Origin: Escherichia coli
Lineage (GTDB): Bacteria; Pseudomonadota; Gammaproteobacteria; Enterobacterales; Enterobacteriaceae
DNA length: 64,000 nt
Direction: 5' to 3' (one strand)
Assembly: GCF_003991155.1 (NCBI RefSeq)
Contig: NZ_CP031293.1
Shown here: positions 49,869 to 64,000 of the stretch, piece after piece
Layout: the number at the start of each line of letters is the position of its first letter
Numbering within the stretch: position 1 is the first letter of the stretch
Position numbers and translations under genes: made by a program
The notes under the pieces: generated by a model
Seen by the model: only the letters and a program-made list of their open reading frames with translations
Databases searched by the model: none
Told to the model about the DNA's origin: nothing

Positions 49869-50447
49869 TTACTTAACCATCTCTTTTTCAATTAACTGGA
49901 TCAGGATATGGATCACTTTAATGTGGATCTCCTGAATGCGGTCGGCATAACCAAAGTGCGGAACGCGAATTTCAATATCCGCCGTGCCAGCCATTTTGCC
50001 GCCATCTTTACCGGTCAGGGTGATCACTTTCATCCCCTTCTCACGCGCCGCTGCGATCGCTTTGATCACGTTTGCAGAGTTACCGGAGGTAGAGATCCCC
50101 AGCAGTACATCGCCTTCGCGACCTACCGCTTCAACGTAACGGGAGAAAATATCATTGAAACCAAAATCGTTACCGACGCAGGAAATATGACTAACGTCAG
50201 AAATGGCAATCGCCGGGTAGCCCGGACGGTTTTCACGGTAGCGCCCCGTCAACTCTTCAGCAAAGTGCATAGCGTCGCAATGGGAGCCGCCGTTGCCGCA
50301 AGAAAGCACTTTGCCACCGCCTTTAAAGCTGTCTGCTAACAGGACCGCCGCGCGCTGAATGGCGTGAATATTGGCGTCATCTTTTAAAAAATTAGCCAGC
50401 GTTTCCGCCGCTTCGTTCAGTTCGTTACAAATAAGATCCTGGTACAT
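49869..50447 (-). CDS. gmhA: phosphoheptose isomerase
   Basis: 192 aa from [19 protein letters not shown]..., SIS domain. Confidence 0.9.
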   Translation of the reverse strand: MYQDLICNELNEAAETLANFLKDDANIHAIQRAAVLLADSFKGGGKVLSCGNGGSHCDAMHFAEELTGRYRENRPGYPAIAISDVSHISCVGNDFGFNDIFSRYVEAVGREGDVLLGISTSGNSANVIKAIAAAREKGMKVITLTGKDGGKMAGTADIEIRVPHFGYADRIQEIHIKVIHILIQLIEKEMVK

Positions 50448-50686
50448 GAGGATATCCTTCAGCATAAATGTAATAGACAAAATGCAGTGTACCGGATACC
50501 GCCAAAAGCGAGAAGTACGGGCAGATGCTATGACCAGGACTTTTTGACCTGAAGTGCGGATAAAAACAGCAACAATGTGAGCTTCGTTGTAATTATATTG
50601 TAAACACATTGCTAAATGTTTTTACATCCACTACAACCATATCATCACAAGTGGTCAGACCTCCTACAAGTAAGGGGCTTTTCGTT

Positions 50687-53131
50687 ATGATGATTTTGAG
50701 TATTCTCGCTACGGTTGTCCTGCTCGGCGCGTTGTTCTATCACCGCGTGAGCTTATTTATCAGCAGTCTGATTTTGCTCGCCTGGACAGCCGCACTCGGC
50801 GTTGCTGGTCTGTGGTCGGCGTGGGTACTGGTGCCTCTGGCCATTATCCTCGTGCCATTTAACTTTGCGCCTATGCGTAAGTCGATGATTTCCGCGCCGG
50901 TATTTCGCGGTTTCCGTAAGGTAATGCCGCCGATGTCGCGCACTGAGAAAGAAGCGATTGATGCGGGCACCACCTGGTGGGAGGGCGACTTGTTCCAGGG
51001 CAAGCCGGACTGGAAAAAGCTGCATAACTATCCGCAGCCGCGCCTGACCGCTGAAGAGCAAGCGTTTCTCGACGGTCCGGTAGAAGAAGCCTGCCGGATG
51101 GCGAATGATTTCCAGATTACCCATGAGCTGGCGGATTTGCCGCCGGAGCTGTGGGCGTATCTTAAAGAGCATCGCTTCTTCGCGATGATCATCAAAAAAG
51201 AGTACGGCGGGCTGGAGTTCTCGGCTTATGCCCAGTCTCGCGTGCTGCAAAAACTCTCCGGCGTGAGCGGGATCCTGGCGATTACCGTCGGCGTGCCAAA
51301 CTCATTAGGCCCGGGTGAGCTACTGCAACATTACGGCACTGACGAGCAGAAAGATCACTATCTGCCGCGTCTGGCGCGTGGTCAGGAGATCCCTTGCTTT
51401 GCACTGACCAGCCCCGAAGCGGGTTCCGATGCGGGCGCGATTCCGGATACCGGGATTGTTTGCATGGGCGAGTGGCAGGGCCAGCAGGTGCTGGGGATGC
51501 GACTGACCTGGAACAAACGTTACATTACGCTGGCACCGATTGCGACCGTGCTTGGTCTGGCGTTTAAACTCTCCGACCCGGAAAAACTGCTGGGTGGCGC
51601 AGAAGATTTAGGTATTACCTGTGCGCTGATCCCGACCACCACGCCGGGCGTGGAAATTGGTCGTCGCCACTTCCCGCTGAACGTACCGTTCCAGAACGGA
51701 CCGACGCGCGGTAAAGATGTCTTCGTGCCGATCGATTACATCATCGGCGGGCCGAAAATGGCCGGGCAAGGCTGGCGGATGCTGGTGGAGTGCCTCTCGG
51801 TAGGCCGCGGTATCACCCTGCCTTCCAACTCAACCGGCGGCGTGAAATCGGTAGCGCTGGCAACGGGTGCGTATGCGCACATCCGCCGTCAGTTCAAAAT
51901 CTCTATTGGTAAGATGGAAGGGATTGAAGAGCCGCTGGCGCGTATTGCCGGAAACGCTTATGTAATGGATGCTGCGGCATCGCTGATTACCTACGGCATT
52001 ATGCTCGGTGAAAAACCTGCCGTGCTGTCGGCTATCGTTAAGTATCACTGTACCCACCGTGGGCAGCAGTCGATTATTGATGCGATGGATATCACTGGTG
52101 GCAAAGGCATTATGCTCGGGCAAAGCAACTTCCTGGCCCGTGCTTACCAGGGCGCACCGATTGCCATCACCGTTGAAGGGGCTAACATTCTGACCCGCAG
52201 CATGATGATCTTCGGACAAGGAGCGATTCGTTGCCATCCGTACGTGCTGGAAGAGATGGAAGCGGCGAAGAACAATGACGTAAATGCGTTCGATAAACTG
52301 CTGTTCAAACATATCGGTCACGTCGGTAGCAACAAAGTTCGCAGCTTCTGGCTGGGCCTGACGCGCGGTTTAACCAGCAGCACGCCAACCGGCGATGCCA
52401 CTAAACGCTACTATCAGCACCTGAACCGCCTGAGCGCCAACCTCGCCCTGCTTTCTGATGTCTCGATGGCGGTGCTGGGCGGCAGCCTGAAACGTCGCGA
52501 GCGTATCTCGGCCCGTCTGGGGGATATTTTAAGTCAGCTTTACCTCGCCTCTGCCGTTCTGAAGCGTTATGACGACGAAGGCCGTAATGAAGCCGACCTG
52601 CCGCTGGTGCACTGGGGCGTACAGGATGCGCTGTATCAGGCTGAACAGGCGATGGATGATTTACTGCAAAACTTCCCGAGCCGCGTGGTTGCCGGGCTGC
52701 TGAATGTGGTGATCTTCCCGACCGGACGTCATTATCTGGCACCTTCTGATAAGCTGGATCATAAGGTGGCGAAGATTTTACAAGTGCCGAACGCCACCCG
52801 TTCACGTATTGGTCGCGGTCAGTACCTGACGCCGAGCGAGCATAACCCGGTTGGTTTACTGGAAGAGGCGCTGGTGGATGTGATTGCCGCCGACCCAATT
52901 CATCAGCGGATCTGTAAAGAGCTGGGTAAAAACCTGCCGTTTACCCGTCTGGATGAACTGGCGCATAACGCGCTGGCGAAGGGGCTGATTGATAAAGATG
53001 AAGCCGCTATTCTTGTGAAAGCTGAAGAAAGCCGTCTGCGCAGTATTAATGTTGATGACTTTGATCCGGAAGAGCTTGCGACGAAGCCGGTAAAGTTGCC
53101 GGAGAAAGTGCGAAAAGTTGAAGCCGCGTAA
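50687..53131 (+). CDS. fadE: acyl-CoA dehydrogenase FadE
   Basis: 814 aa from [21 protein letters not shown]... Confidence 0.95.
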   Translation: MMILSILATVVLLGALFYHRVSLFISSLILLAWTAALGVAGLWSAWVLVPLAIILVPFNFAPMRKSMISAPVFRGFRKVMPPMSRTEKEAIDAGTTWWEGDLFQGKPDWKKLHNYPQPRLTAEEQAFLDGPVEEACRMANDFQITHELADLPPELWAYLKEHRFFAMIIKKEYGGLEFSAYAQSRVLQKLSGVSGILAITVGVPNSLGPGELLQHYGTDEQKDHYLPRLARGQEIPCFALTSPEAGSDAGAIPDTGIVCMGEWQGQQVLGMRLTWNKRYITLAPIATVLGLAFKLSDPEKLLGGAEDLGITCALIPTTTPGVEIGRRHFPLNVPFQNGPTRGKDVFVPIDYIIGGPKMAGQGWRMLVECLSVGRGITLPSNSTGGVKSVALATGAYAHIRRQFKISIGKMEGIEEPLARIAGNAYVMDAAASLITYGIMLGEKPAVLSAIVKYHCTHRGQQSIIDAMDITGGKGIMLGQSNFLARAYQGAPIAITVEGANILTRSMMIFGQGAIRCHPYVLEEMEAAKNNDVNAFDKLLFKHIGHVGSNKVRSFWLGLTRGLTSSTPTGDATKRYYQHLNRLSANLALLSDVSMAVLGGSLKRRERISARLGDILSQLYLASAVLKRYDDEGRNEADLPLVHWGVQDALYQAEQAMDDLLQNFPSRVVAGLLNVVIFPTGRHYLAPSDKLDHKVAKILQVPNATRSRIGRGQYLTPSEHNPVGLLEEALVDVIAADPIHQRICKELGKNLPFTRLDELAHNALAKGLIDKDEAAILVKAEESRLRSINVDDFDPEELATKPVKLPEKVRKVEAA

Positions 53132-53173
53132 TTGAATAACGGAGCCGAAAGGCTCCGTTTCTTTATCCGCTAA

Positions 53174-53647
53174 TTATTTAAAATTAAAGCCATCCGGATG
53201 GTTTTCCAGGCTGCCGGTCAACGCCGCGAACAGCACCGTTTTACCATCAATAGAAAGCGCATCGTTCACATTCAACCAGGTGAGTTTCTCTTGCGACGTT
53301 TTCTCATCAATGGTCGAGAACAGCCCCGTCATCTGATTAGATTTCTCGGACCACATCACAGCGATACGTTGCGAGCCACAGTCATGCGGTTTGCACGCGC
53401 TCATCACCTGATACGTCTCATCTCCCAACGTTACGGTTTGTGCAGGGGTATAAGTACCGCCTTTCATCACCCAGGCAGGCAGCTTATGCCCTTGCACCAT
53501 CTGATTAAACGCAGCTTTGGTGGTTTCGCCCTTTGCAAGGCTGCTAATGGTTAAATCATCCTGCGCCATTGCACTGGTGGCGATGACCAGAGCGGCGACT
53601 GTCGTTATTGCCTTAAACATCATTCCTCCCGAGCTTATCCTGCCCAT
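53174..53647 (-). CDS. ivy: inhibitor of vertebrate lysozyme
   Basis: 157 aa with a signal peptide and the CKPHDC loop motif. Confidence 0.9.
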   Translation of the reverse strand: MGRISSGGMMFKAITTVAALVIATSAMAQDDLTISSLAKGETTKAAFNQMVQGHKLPAWVMKGGTYTPAQTVTLGDETYQVMSACKPHDCGSQRIAVMWSEKSNQMTGLFSTIDEKTSQEKLTWLNVNDALSIDGKTVLFAALTGSLENHPDGFNFK

Positions 53648-53800
53648 GTTATTAACCTCCTAAAGCCTGGCGATAACACGATAATTTGCAAATCAGATAT
53701 TTCCAATATCAGCATTTGTTATCAATTTATTCTGCGCTAAGGCAACTGCCTGATAAGGTGTTAGAGTTATAAAACCCTTCGCATAAAGGAGTTGTACACC

Positions 53801-54571
53801 GTGCCTGGTTTGAAGATTACGCTTTTGCAGCAACCACTGGTGTGGATGGATGGCCCTGCCAACCTGCGCCATTTTGATCGTCAACTGGAAGGTATTACCG
53901 GGCGCGATGTGATCGTTCTACCGGAGATGTTTACCAGCGGCTTTGCCATGGAAGCGGCAGCTTCGTCGCTAGCACAAAATGACGTAGTGAACTGGATGAC
54001 AGCTAAGGCGCAGCAGTGCAATGCGCTGATTGCAGGCAGTGTTGCATTACAAACGGAGTCTGGTTCGGTTAACCGCTTTTTGCTGGTTGAGCCGGGCGGC
54101 ACGGTACATTTTTATGATAAGCGTCATCTGTTCCGCATGGCAGATGAGCATCTGCATTATAAAGCGGGCAATGCGCGAGTGATTGTGGAATGGCGCGGCT
54201 GGCGTATTTTGCCGCTGGTGTGCTACGACTTACGTTTTCCTGTGTGGTCGCGCAATCTCAACGATTATGACCTCGCCCTGTACGTCGCCAACTGGCCTGC
54301 TCCGCGCTCTCTGCACTGGCAGGCATTGCTGACAGCCCGCGCGATTGAGAATCAGGCGTATGTGGCGGGATGCAATCGCGTCGGCAGCGATGGCAACGGC
54401 TGCCATTATCGTGGTGACAGCAGGGTGATTAATCCACAGGGCGAGATTATCGCTACTGCCGACGCGCATCAGGCAACGCGCATTGATGCGGAGCTGTCGA
54501 TGGTGGCATTGCGGGAATATAGAGAAAAGTTTCCGGCATGGCGGGATGCGGATGAATTCACATTTCGTTAG
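53801..54571 (+). CDS. yafV: nitrilase-family omega-amidase YafV
   Basis: GTG start giving (M)PGLKITLLQQPLVWMDG... CN-hydrolase motifs (LPEMF, CYDLRFP). Confidence 0.85.
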   Translation: MPGLKITLLQQPLVWMDGPANLRHFDRQLEGITGRDVIVLPEMFTSGFAMEAAASSLAQNDVVNWMTAKAQQCNALIAGSVALQTESGSVNRFLLVEPGGTVHFYDKRHLFRMADEHLHYKAGNARVIVEWRGWRILPLVCYDLRFPVWSRNLNDYDLALYVANWPAPRSLHWQALLTARAIENQAYVAGCNRVGSDGNGCHYRGDSRVINPQGEIIATADAHQATRIDAELSMVALREYREKFPAWRDADEFTFR

Positions 54572-54630
54572 AGGGTGAATATGGCTACGAGATAAGTTTC
54601 GTGGCTATTTTTCTCTGGAACTTAAACGAC

Positions 54631-54662
54631 GAAAGCCCGAATCAGTAATGATTCGGGCTTTC
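54631..54662. terminator. hairpin between yafV and aspV
   Basis: GAAAGCCCGAATC-N6-GATTCGGGCTTTC, 13-bp perfect stem. Confidence 0.55.
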
Positions 54663-54669
54663 TGAATAT

Positions 54670-54746
54670 TGGCGGAACGGACGGGACTCGAACCCGCGAC
54701 CCCCTGCGTGACAGGCAGGTATTCTAACCGACTGAACTACCGCTCC
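54670..54746 (-). tRNA. aspV: tRNA-Asp (GUC)
   Basis: The reverse complement is GGAGCGGTAGTTCAGTCGGTTAGAATACCTGCCTGTCACGCAGGGGGTCGCGGGTTCGAGTCCCGTCCGTTCCGCCA. Confidence 0.95.
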
Positions 54747-54878
54747 GCGTTGTGTTCCGTTGGGAACGAGGCGAATATTACGGATTGCCTCACCCTTCGT
54801 CAACGGTTTTTCTCATCTTTTGAATCGTTTGCTGCAAAAATCGCCCAAGTCGCTATTTTTAGCGCCTTTTACAGGTAT

Positions 54879-55610
54879 TTATGCCCGCCAGAGGCAGCTT
54901 CCGCCTTTCTTCTGCACCAGATCGAGACGGGCTTCATGTGCCGCAAGCTCTTCATCTGTCGCAAAAACAACGCGTAACTTACTTGCCTGACGCACAATGC
55001 GCTGAATTGTTGCTTCACCTTGTTGCTGTTGTGTCTCTCCTTCCATCGCAAAAGCCATCGACGTTTGACCACCGGTCATCGCCAGATAAACTTCCGCAAG
55101 GATCTGTGCATCGAGTAATGCCCCGTGTAGCGTTCGTTTACTGTTATCTATTTCGTAGCGGGCACATAACGCATCGAGGCTGTTGCGCTTACCAGGAAAC
55201 ATTTTCCTCGCCACCGCAAGGCTATCGGTGACCTTACAGAAGGTATTGGTCTTCGGAATATCGCGCTTAAGCAACGAAAACTCGTAGTCCATAAAGCCGA
55301 TATCGAACGCTGCGTTATGGATCACCAACTCCGCGCCGCGGATATAGTCCATGAACTCATCGGCTACCTCGGCAAACGTGGGCTTATCGAGCAAAAATTC
55401 ATCGGCAATACCATGTACGCCAAAGGCTTCCGGATCCACCAGCCGATCGGGTTTGAGATAAACATGGAAGTTATTGCCCGTCAGGCGACGGTTCACCACT
55501 TCAACGGCACCAATCTCAATGATCTTGTGGCCTTCATAGTGCGCACCAATCTGGTTCATACCGGTGGTTTCGGTATCGAGAACGATCTGGCGTGTAATTG
55601 CAGTGCTCAT
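54879..55610 (-). CDS. dnaQ: DNA polymerase III epsilon (proofreading) subunit
   Basis: 243 aa from [20 protein letters not shown]... Confidence 0.95.
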
Positions 55611-55674
55611 AGCGGTCATTTATGTCAGACTTGTCGTTTTACAGTTCGATTCAATTACAGGAAGTCTACCAGAG

Positions 55675-56142
55675 ATGCTTAAACAGGTAGAAATTTTCAC
55701 CGATGGTTCGTGTCTGGGTAATCCTGGACCTGGGGGTTACGGCGCTATTTTACGCTATCGCGGACGCGAGAAAACCTTTAGCGCAGGCTACACCCGCACC
55801 ACCAACAACCGTATGGAGTTGATGGCCGCTATTGTCGCGCTGGAGGCGTTAAAAGAACATTGCGAAGTCATTTTGAGTACCGACAGCCAGTATGTCCGCC
55901 AGGGGATCACTCAGTGGATCCATAACTGGAAAAAACGTGGCTGGAAAACAGCAGACAAAAAACCAGTAAAAAATGTCGATCTCTGGCAACGTCTTGATGC
56001 TGCATTGGGGCAGCATCAAATCAAATGGGAATGGGTTAAAGGCCATGCCGGACACCCGGAAAACGAACGTTGCGATGAACTGGCTCGTGCCGCAGCGATG
56101 AATCCCACACTGGAAGATACGGGCTATCAAGTCGAAGTTTAA
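55675..56142 (+). CDS. rnhA: ribonuclease HI
   Basis: 155 aa from [23 protein letters not shown]... Divergent from dnaQ. Confidence 0.95.
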
Positions 56143-56861
56143 GCCTGTGGTTTACGACATTGCCGGGTGGCTCCAACCGCCTGGCGAATTCGTGGCTTGT
56201 TTTTACTCTGTTTCATCGGGTTTAGCGTTAAAGGAATAGTCCGTTTCCGGGCAACAATAAGTTGTAAGCAACCAAGCGCAGGAATATGCGCATTCAATAG
56301 TTTTCCTCCGTGTTTGTTCCACGGGAGAACGTGGAAACGGCTGGCGTGCAGCACTTCAAAATTCAACAAAGAGAGCCAGTCCAGTTGCCGCATCAGAGTA
56401 AACATCCGGCTGTTATAGGGCGAGGTTTTTCGCAATACCGGCACAAGTTTGCGTAATCCCATTAAACTGATGGGATTGAAGCCACTAATCACCAGCCAGC
56501 CATCATCAATCAGTACCCGATCGGCTTCACGCAATAAACGATGCGGATCGGTGCACCACGGCAAGGTATGTGCCAGTAGACAAACATCAACGGATTTATC
56601 GGCAAAAGGAAGATGAAGTGGATCTGCCTGCACCTGGACGGGCATTCCTTGCGCAGAAACATTCACTTGATGAGAAACCGCGCACGCTTCGCAATTGATT
56701 TCTGCGCTTAAATTGCCAATCTTAAGCAGATGAAAACCATACATTTTAGTGAACCACGGGTTGAGCTGGCGCTCCAGCGCCTTGCGATAAAGCTCTCCCC
56801 AGGGCAAATCGCCCCAGCAATCAGGAGCCACGACAGTTTGAGGGACTCTTGCCGGTTTCAT
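56139..56861 (-). CDS. yafS: SAM-dependent methyltransferase YafS
   Basis: 240 aa from [22 protein letters not shown]... Confidence 0.8.
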
Positions 56862-56891
56862 CACAACCTTCCGTTTCACACTGAGAGGTAA

Positions 56892-57650
<759 letters not shown>

Positions 57651-57721
57651 TAAAACTTTCTTGTCATCGGCTCCGTTCGCCGTTATGATCGGTCGTCTTT
57701 TAAGCAACTATTGACACACAC

Positions 57722-59080
57722 ATGAAGGCAAAAGCGATATTACTCGCCTCTGTCCTGCTCGTGGGTTGCCAGAGTACCGGCAACGTTCAACAGCACGCAC
57801 AGAGCCTTTCTGCAGCTGGTCAAGGGGAAGCAGCAAAGTTTACAAGTCAGGCACGATGGATGGACGATGGGACGTCTATCGCGCCAGATGGTGACTTGTG
57901 GGCTTTCATTGGCGACGAGCTAAAGATGGGAATTCCGGAAAATGACCGGATTCGCGAACAGAAACAGAAATATTTACGCAATAAGAGCTATCTCCACGAT
58001 GTAACTTTACGGGCAGAGCCGTATATGTACTGGATAGCAGGGCAAGTTAAAAAACGTAACATGCCTATGGAACTGGTACTACTACCCATAGTGGAGAGCG
58101 CTTTTGATCCTCACGCAACGTCTGGCGCCAATGCCGCAGGCATCTGGCAGATCATTCCGAGCACGGGGCGCAATTATGGTTTGAAACAGACCCGCAATTA
58201 TGACGCGCGTCGCGATGTTGTTGCTTCAACAACTGCCGCGCTGAATATGATGCAGCGTCTGAACAAAATGTTTGACGGCGACTGGCTTCTGACCGTAGCG
58301 GCTTATAACAGCGGCGAAGGTCGGGTCATGAAGGCAATTAAAACGAACAAAGCGCGTGGGAAATCCACGGACTTCTGGTCGTTACCGTTGCCGCAGGAAA
58401 CGAAGCAGTACGTGCCTAAAATGCTGGCATTGAGTGATATTCTCAAAAACAGCAAGCGTTATGGCGTACGTCTGCCAACGACCGATGAAAGCCGTGCTCT
58501 GGCGCGTGTGCACCTGAGTAGCCCGGTTGAAATGGCGAAGGTTGCAGATATGGCGGGGATTTCCGTCAGCAAGCTGAAGACATTCAACGCTGGCGTGAAA
58601 GGCTCCACGCTGGGCGCAAGTGGGCCGCAGTACGTGATGGTGCCAAAGAAGCATGCAGATCAACTGCGTGAATCTCTGGCTTCAGGCGAAATTGCTGCTG
58701 TACAGTCGACGCTGGTTGCCGACAATACGCCGCTTAACAGCCGTGTTTACACCGTACGCTCTGGCGACACGCTTTCAAGTATCGCTTCACGTCTCGGCGT
58801 AAGCACCAAAGATTTGCAGCAGTGGAACAAACTGCGCGGATCTAAGCTGAAGCCAGGCCAAAGTTTGACGATTGGCGCAGGCAGTAGCGCACAGCGACTG
58901 GCAAACAACAGCGATAGCATTACTTATCGTGTGCGCAAAGGCGATTCGCTTTCAAGCATTGCTAAACGCCACGGCGTGAACATCAAAGATGTGATGCGCT
59001 GGAACAGCGACACTGCGAATCTGCAACCAGGCGATAAGCTGACGTTGTTTGTGAAAAACAACAACATGCCAGATTCCTGA
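57722..59080 (+). CDS. mltD: membrane-bound lytic murein transglycosylase D
   Basis: 452 aa. Lipobox LLVGC, SLT domain, two C-terminal LysM repeats (YTVRSGDTLSSIA, YRVRKGDSLSSIA). Confidence 0.95.
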   Translation: MKAKAILLASVLLVGCQSTGNVQQHAQSLSAAGQGEAAKFTSQARWMDDGTSIAPDGDLWAFIGDELKMGIPENDRIREQKQKYLRNKSYLHDVTLRAEPYMYWIAGQVKKRNMPMELVLLPIVESAFDPHATSGANAAGIWQIIPSTGRNYGLKQTRNYDARRDVVASTTAALNMMQRLNKMFDGDWLLTVAAYNSGEGRVMKAIKTNKARGKSTDFWSLPLPQETKQYVPKMLALSDILKNSKRYGVRLPTTDESRALARVHLSSPVEMAKVADMAGISVSKLKTFNAGVKGSTLGASGPQYVMVPKKHADQLRESLASGEIAAVQSTLVADNTPLNSRVYTVRSGDTLSSIASRLGVSTKDLQQWNKLRGSKLKPGQSLTIGAGSSAQRLANNSDSITYRVRKGDSLSSIAKRHGVNIKDVMRWNSDTANLQPGDKLTLFVKNNNMPDS

Positions 59081-59127
59081 CAAATCAGATAATCAAAAGG
59101 CACCGATTCCCCCGGTGCCTTTTTTAT

Positions 59128-59898
59128 TTATGCCGCTTTATGTGCTTCTACCATGATGATATCACTGGTGAAAGAGCCGTCATTCTGCAAGGCAAAATAC
59201 GTTCTCACCTCTGTCGATGCGCTCTGTTGGTAAATGCGAATAGCGTCTACTAACGCTTCTGGCGTACGCATTCTCGCGACCCATGAAGAAAATTCCAGCG
59301 GTAACTTATCTGTAATTAAATTATCAACTATCAGATTGGCTTCATTGATTAACGTCAACCACTCACCGCTGGCGTAGTTTCGTACGTGAGAGGTATCGCG
59401 TAATGCTTCTACCGTCTGTAACCAGACGTCGCGCACTGGGTGACCCGGAGACATTACGTCCATCACAATCAGCCTACCGCCAGGTTTCAATATCCTATTC
59501 ACTTCTCGCAGTGCTGCACCAACATCATGCCAGTGATGGGCAGAATAACGGCTGATAACAATATCAAATGCGTTATCGGCAAATGGCAGACTTTCGGCAT
59601 ATCCCTGGCGGGTGGCGATATTTTTCAGGTGCCCGGCTTCGGCAGCTTGTGCCACGACATCCAGCATTTGGGCAGATAAGTCATACGCCACCACCGCGCT
59701 CACGTTTTGCGCAGCGACAAAGCTGGCATGCCCTGCTCCGCAGCCCATATCAAGTACGCTTGCATCAGGATAATCAGCCAGACGCACCGCCAGGCGCTGT
59801 AAATCTCGCCCGGATGCATGTACGGTACTGGTTAAATACTCACTGGCCTGCGAGCTAAACTGCTTTTCTACGTGGTCATGGTGGGATTGTGTTGTCAT
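59128..59898 (-). CDS. yafE: class I SAM-dependent methyltransferase YafE
   Basis: SAM motif VLDMGCGAGH. Position between mltD and yafD. Confidence 0.8.
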   Translation of the reverse strand: MTTQSHHDHVEKQFSSQASEYLTSTVHASGRDLQRLAVRLADYPDASVLDMGCGAGHASFVAAQNVSAVVAYDLSAQMLDVVAQAAEAGHLKNIATRQGYAESLPFADNAFDIVISRYSAHHWHDVGAALREVNRILKPGGRLIVMDVMSPGHPVRDVWLQTVEALRDTSHVRNYASGEWLTLINEANLIVDNLITDKLPLEFSSWVARMRTPEALVDAIRIYQQSASTEVRTYFALQNDGSFTSDIIMVEAHKAA

Positions 59899-59974
59899 TG
59901 CGCTGTCCTTTTATTGTTTGATTAAAAAGGGCAGCGCCAAACGTTGGTCTGCCCTGTGGCAGACTTGACATACC

Positions 59975-60826
<852 letters not shown>

Positions 60827-61015
60827 CTACTGTTATAGGGATTTTAGCTCACTCTTTCAACGAGCAATTGTATATTGCTATGTAAGCAAGTGCTTACACC
60901 GGTCAGAAATTTGCTCATTATTGAGAACATTAAATCGGATGACATATCTCGCATCCTGATGGTTTAATGACAATTAAATTCAAAATATCTCTTCTATTTT
61001 GCAACAGGAGCAAAA

Positions 61016-61930
61016 ATGAAAGCCACGTCGGAAGAACTCGCCATTTTTGTTTCAGTCGTCGAAAGCGGCAGCTTTAGCCGGGCAGCGGAACAATTAGGGC
61101 AAGCAAACTCAGCGGTAAGCCGGGCGGTGAAAAAGCTGGAGATGAAACTTGGCGTTAGCCTGCTTAATCGGACCACGCGGCAACTTAGCCTGACGGAAGA
61201 AGGCGAGCGTTATTTTCGTCGCGTACAGTCAATTTTGCAGGAGATGGCAGCGGCAGAATCAGAAATTATGGAGACGCGTAATACACCGCGTGGACTGTTA
61301 CGGATCGATGCCGCAACTCCAGTGGTGCTGCACTTTCTGATGCCGTTGATTAAGCCTTTTCGTGAACGCTATCCGGAAGTCACTTTATCGCTAGTCTCCT
61401 CCGAAACGATTATTAATTTGATCGAAAGAAAAGTGGATGTCGCGATACGCGCCGGTACGTTAACGGATTCCAGCTTACGTGCCAGGCCGTTATTTAACAG
61501 TTATCGAAAAATTATCGCCTCCCCCGATTATATTTCCCGCTACGGGAAGCCAGAAACGATCGACGATTTAAAGCAACATATTTGCCTGGGATTCACTGAA
61601 CCCGCTTCCCTCAATACCTGGCCGATAGCCTGTAGCGATGGACAATTACATGAGGTGAAGTACGGTTTGTCATCCAATAGTGGGGAAACACTGAAACAGC
61701 TTTGCCTGAGTGGCAACGGGATTGCGTGTTTGTCCGACTACATGATCGACAGAGAAATCGCTCGCGGAGAATTGGTGGAGTTAATGGCAGATAAAGTATT
61801 GCCAGTGGAAATGCCATTCAGTGCCGTATATTACAGCGACCGTGCGGTAAGTACACGCATCCGGGCTTTTATCGATTTCCTTAGCGAGCATGTAAAAACA
61901 GCTCCCGGAGGAGCTGTCAGAGAGGCTTAA
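61016..61930 (+). CDS. yafC: LysR-family regulator YafC
   Basis: 304 aa with N-terminal [38 protein letters not shown]. Confidence 0.85.
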   Translation: MKATSEELAIFVSVVESGSFSRAAEQLGQANSAVSRAVKKLEMKLGVSLLNRTTRQLSLTEEGERYFRRVQSILQEMAAAESEIMETRNTPRGLLRIDAATPVVLHFLMPLIKPFRERYPEVTLSLVSSETIINLIERKVDVAIRAGTLTDSSLRARPLFNSYRKIIASPDYISRYGKPETIDDLKQHICLGFTEPASLNTWPIACSDGQLHEVKYGLSSNSGETLKQLCLSGNGIACLSDYMIDREIARGELVELMADKVLPVEMPFSAVYYSDRAVSTRIRAFIDFLSEHVKTAPGGAVREA

Positions 61931-62730
61931 TCCCATTCAGGAGCCAGACCTTCCGGGCTAACCAGGCGGTCGTTGCAATCCAGTGCGGCGATCGCTTTTT
62001 TATCTTCGGCATCAAGCTGTAAATTTTGTGCCTTAAGATTACTTTCCAGGTTTTTACGTTTAGTAGAAGAAGGAATTACGGAGTAACCTTCCCCCATAGC
62101 CCACGCCAGAATCACTTGTGCCGGAGTCGCATTGTGTTTAGCTGCGATACGAGCAATAACCTCATCTTTCAGGGCCTTACCATACGCCAGCGTCATATAG
62201 GAAGTAATATGGATGCCGTGCTGTTTAGCCCAGGCGACCACTTTACGGTTTTGCAGATAAGGTGAGAGTTCAATCTGGTTAGTAGCGATGTTTTCAGCGC
62301 CAACAGCAGCAATCGCCTTTTCCATCAATGGGATCGTGAAGTTGGAAATACCGATCTCACGCGTCAGCCCTTGTTTTTTGGCTTCCAGCAGCGCCTGCAT
62401 AAACTCTTCAACAGAGACTTCATCGTTTGGTGACGGCCAGTGGATTAGCGTCAGATCAACATAATCGATACGCAATTTTTGCAGGCTCTCTTTCAGACTC
62501 GGGATCAATTTGTCTTTGCTGAGATTTTCAATCCAGATTTTAGTGGTGATGTAGAGTTCATGACGTGGCACGCCACTTTCTGCAATCGCCTGACCTACTG
62601 CGGCTTCGTTATCATAGATTTGTGCGGTATCAATTACGCGATAACCAAGTTCAAGCGCCGTTTTCACAGATGAAATAACAACGTCGTCTTTCAGACGGAA
62701 AGTACCTAAACCAAATGCAGGGATAGCCAT
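61927..62730 (-). CDS. dkgB: 2,5-diketo-D-gluconate reductase B (aldo-keto reductase)
   Basis: 267 aa, [22 protein letters not shown]..., AKR motifs. Confidence 0.9.
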   Translation of the reverse strand: MAIPAFGLGTFRLKDDVVISSVKTALELGYRVIDTAQIYDNEAAVGQAIAESGVPRHELYITTKIWIENLSKDKLIPSLKESLQKLRIDYVDLTLIHWPSPNDEVSVEEFMQALLEAKKQGLTREIGISNFTIPLMEKAIAAVGAENIATNQIELSPYLQNRKVVAWAKQHGIHITSYMTLAYGKALKDEVIARIAAKHNATPAQVILAWAMGEGYSVIPSSTKRKNLESNLKAQNLQLDAEDKKAIAALDCNDRLVSPEGLAPEWD

Positions 62731-62852
62731 AATATGCCTCTTTTAATGCTATTTTCGTTAACTGAAGTGATTATGGGCTTTAGAATGTTGCGGAAAAAGG
62801 GCGTAAAACGCAGAGGATTTTTGCGATTTAAGCAATAATAGAAATATAGACG

Positions 62853-62881
62853 AAAAAAAACCTCGAGCGTTAACTCGAGGC
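62853..62881 (-). terminator. rrnH operon terminator after aspU
   Basis: Minus strand: CCTCGAG-ttaacg-CTCGAGG followed by TTTTTTTT. Confidence 0.75.
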
Positions 62882-62892
62882 TTCTTAATAAG

Positions 62893-62969
62893 TGGCGGAA
62901 CGGACGGGACTCGAACCCGCGACCCCCTGCGTGACAGGCAGGTATTCTAACCGACTGAACTACCGCTCC
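62893..62969 (-). tRNA. aspU: tRNA-Asp (GUC)
   Basis: Identical in sequence to the aspV copy at 54670-54746. Distal gene of the rrn operon. Confidence 0.95.
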
Positions 62970-63021
62970 ACCGAATTCTTTTACAACCACCGGTTTTATG
63001 ACCGGCTTACTGCTTAATTTG

Positions 63022-63141
63022 ATGCCTGGCAGTTCCCTACTCTCGCATGGGGAGACCCCACACTACCATCGGCGCTACGGCGTTTCACTTCTGAGTTCGG
63101 CATGGGGTCAGGTGGGACCACCGCGCTAAGGCCGCCAGGCA
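63022..63141 (-). rRNA. rrfH: 5S ribosomal RNA
   Basis: The reverse complement begins TGCCTGGCGGCC and ends ...GGGAACTGCCAGGCAT. 120 nt. Confidence 0.95.
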
Positions 63142-63240
63142 AATTCTGTTTTATCAACACGTCCTGTTCTGACCTGTCGATTTAATCTGTATCAAGCTTA
63201 CTTGTCGATGTCTCTTCCGCCAAAACACCTTCGGCGTTGT

Positions 63241-64000
<760 letters not shown>

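Noticed and set aside
54669-54990. 102-aa and 76-aa ORFs, and similarly 62706-62990
   Set aside because: They start inside or run across tRNA-Asp genes and the dnaQ 3' region. These are artefacts.

Overview
This is an Escherichia coli chromosomal segment. From memory it is colinear with the K-12 interval ykgM...rrnH, in reverse orientation. Left to right it carries: ykgR; ykgM-ykgO (zinc-independent L31/L36 paralogs with a Zur box); the ecpRABCDE common-pilus operon; ykgJ; yagU; a ~19.6 kb integrase-bearing island inserted at tRNA-Thr thrW; proA-proB; phoE; crl; frsA; gpt; pepD; an intact rtcB2-prfH module plus two extra ORFs; yafP-dinB (no yafN-yafO between them); the Flag-2 deletion scar (lafU'/lfhA'); rayT flanked by REPs; yafL; dinJ-yafQ (yafQ frameshifted); yafK; yafJ; gmhA; fadE; ivy; yafV; aspV; dnaQ; rnhA; yafS; gloB; mltD; yafE; yafD; yafC; dkgB; aspU; rrfH; and the 3' 760 nt of rrlH. 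The core genes are ordinary. The only clearly accessory block is the thrW island (11479-31077). It has intact att repeats with arm-type sites, a P4-type integrase, AlpA, an antirepressor, and a P4 CI / P1 C4-like antisense-RNA immunity module with an icd-like gene. It also has a long translationally coupled operon of small paralogous ORFs ending in a Zn-ribbon/TOPRIM/DUF927-type primase-helicase. Two iteron origins lie in inverted orientation, and the ~8.2 kb between them carries a podovirus-type ejection-protein cassette, a lipoprotein moron and an RHH + small membrane protein pair. A PerC-like regulator and a pRiA4b-ORF3-family gene pair sit next to attR. I saw no capsid, terminase or tail genes and no CRISPR array. 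All homology statements are from reading the translations by eye; no searches were run.
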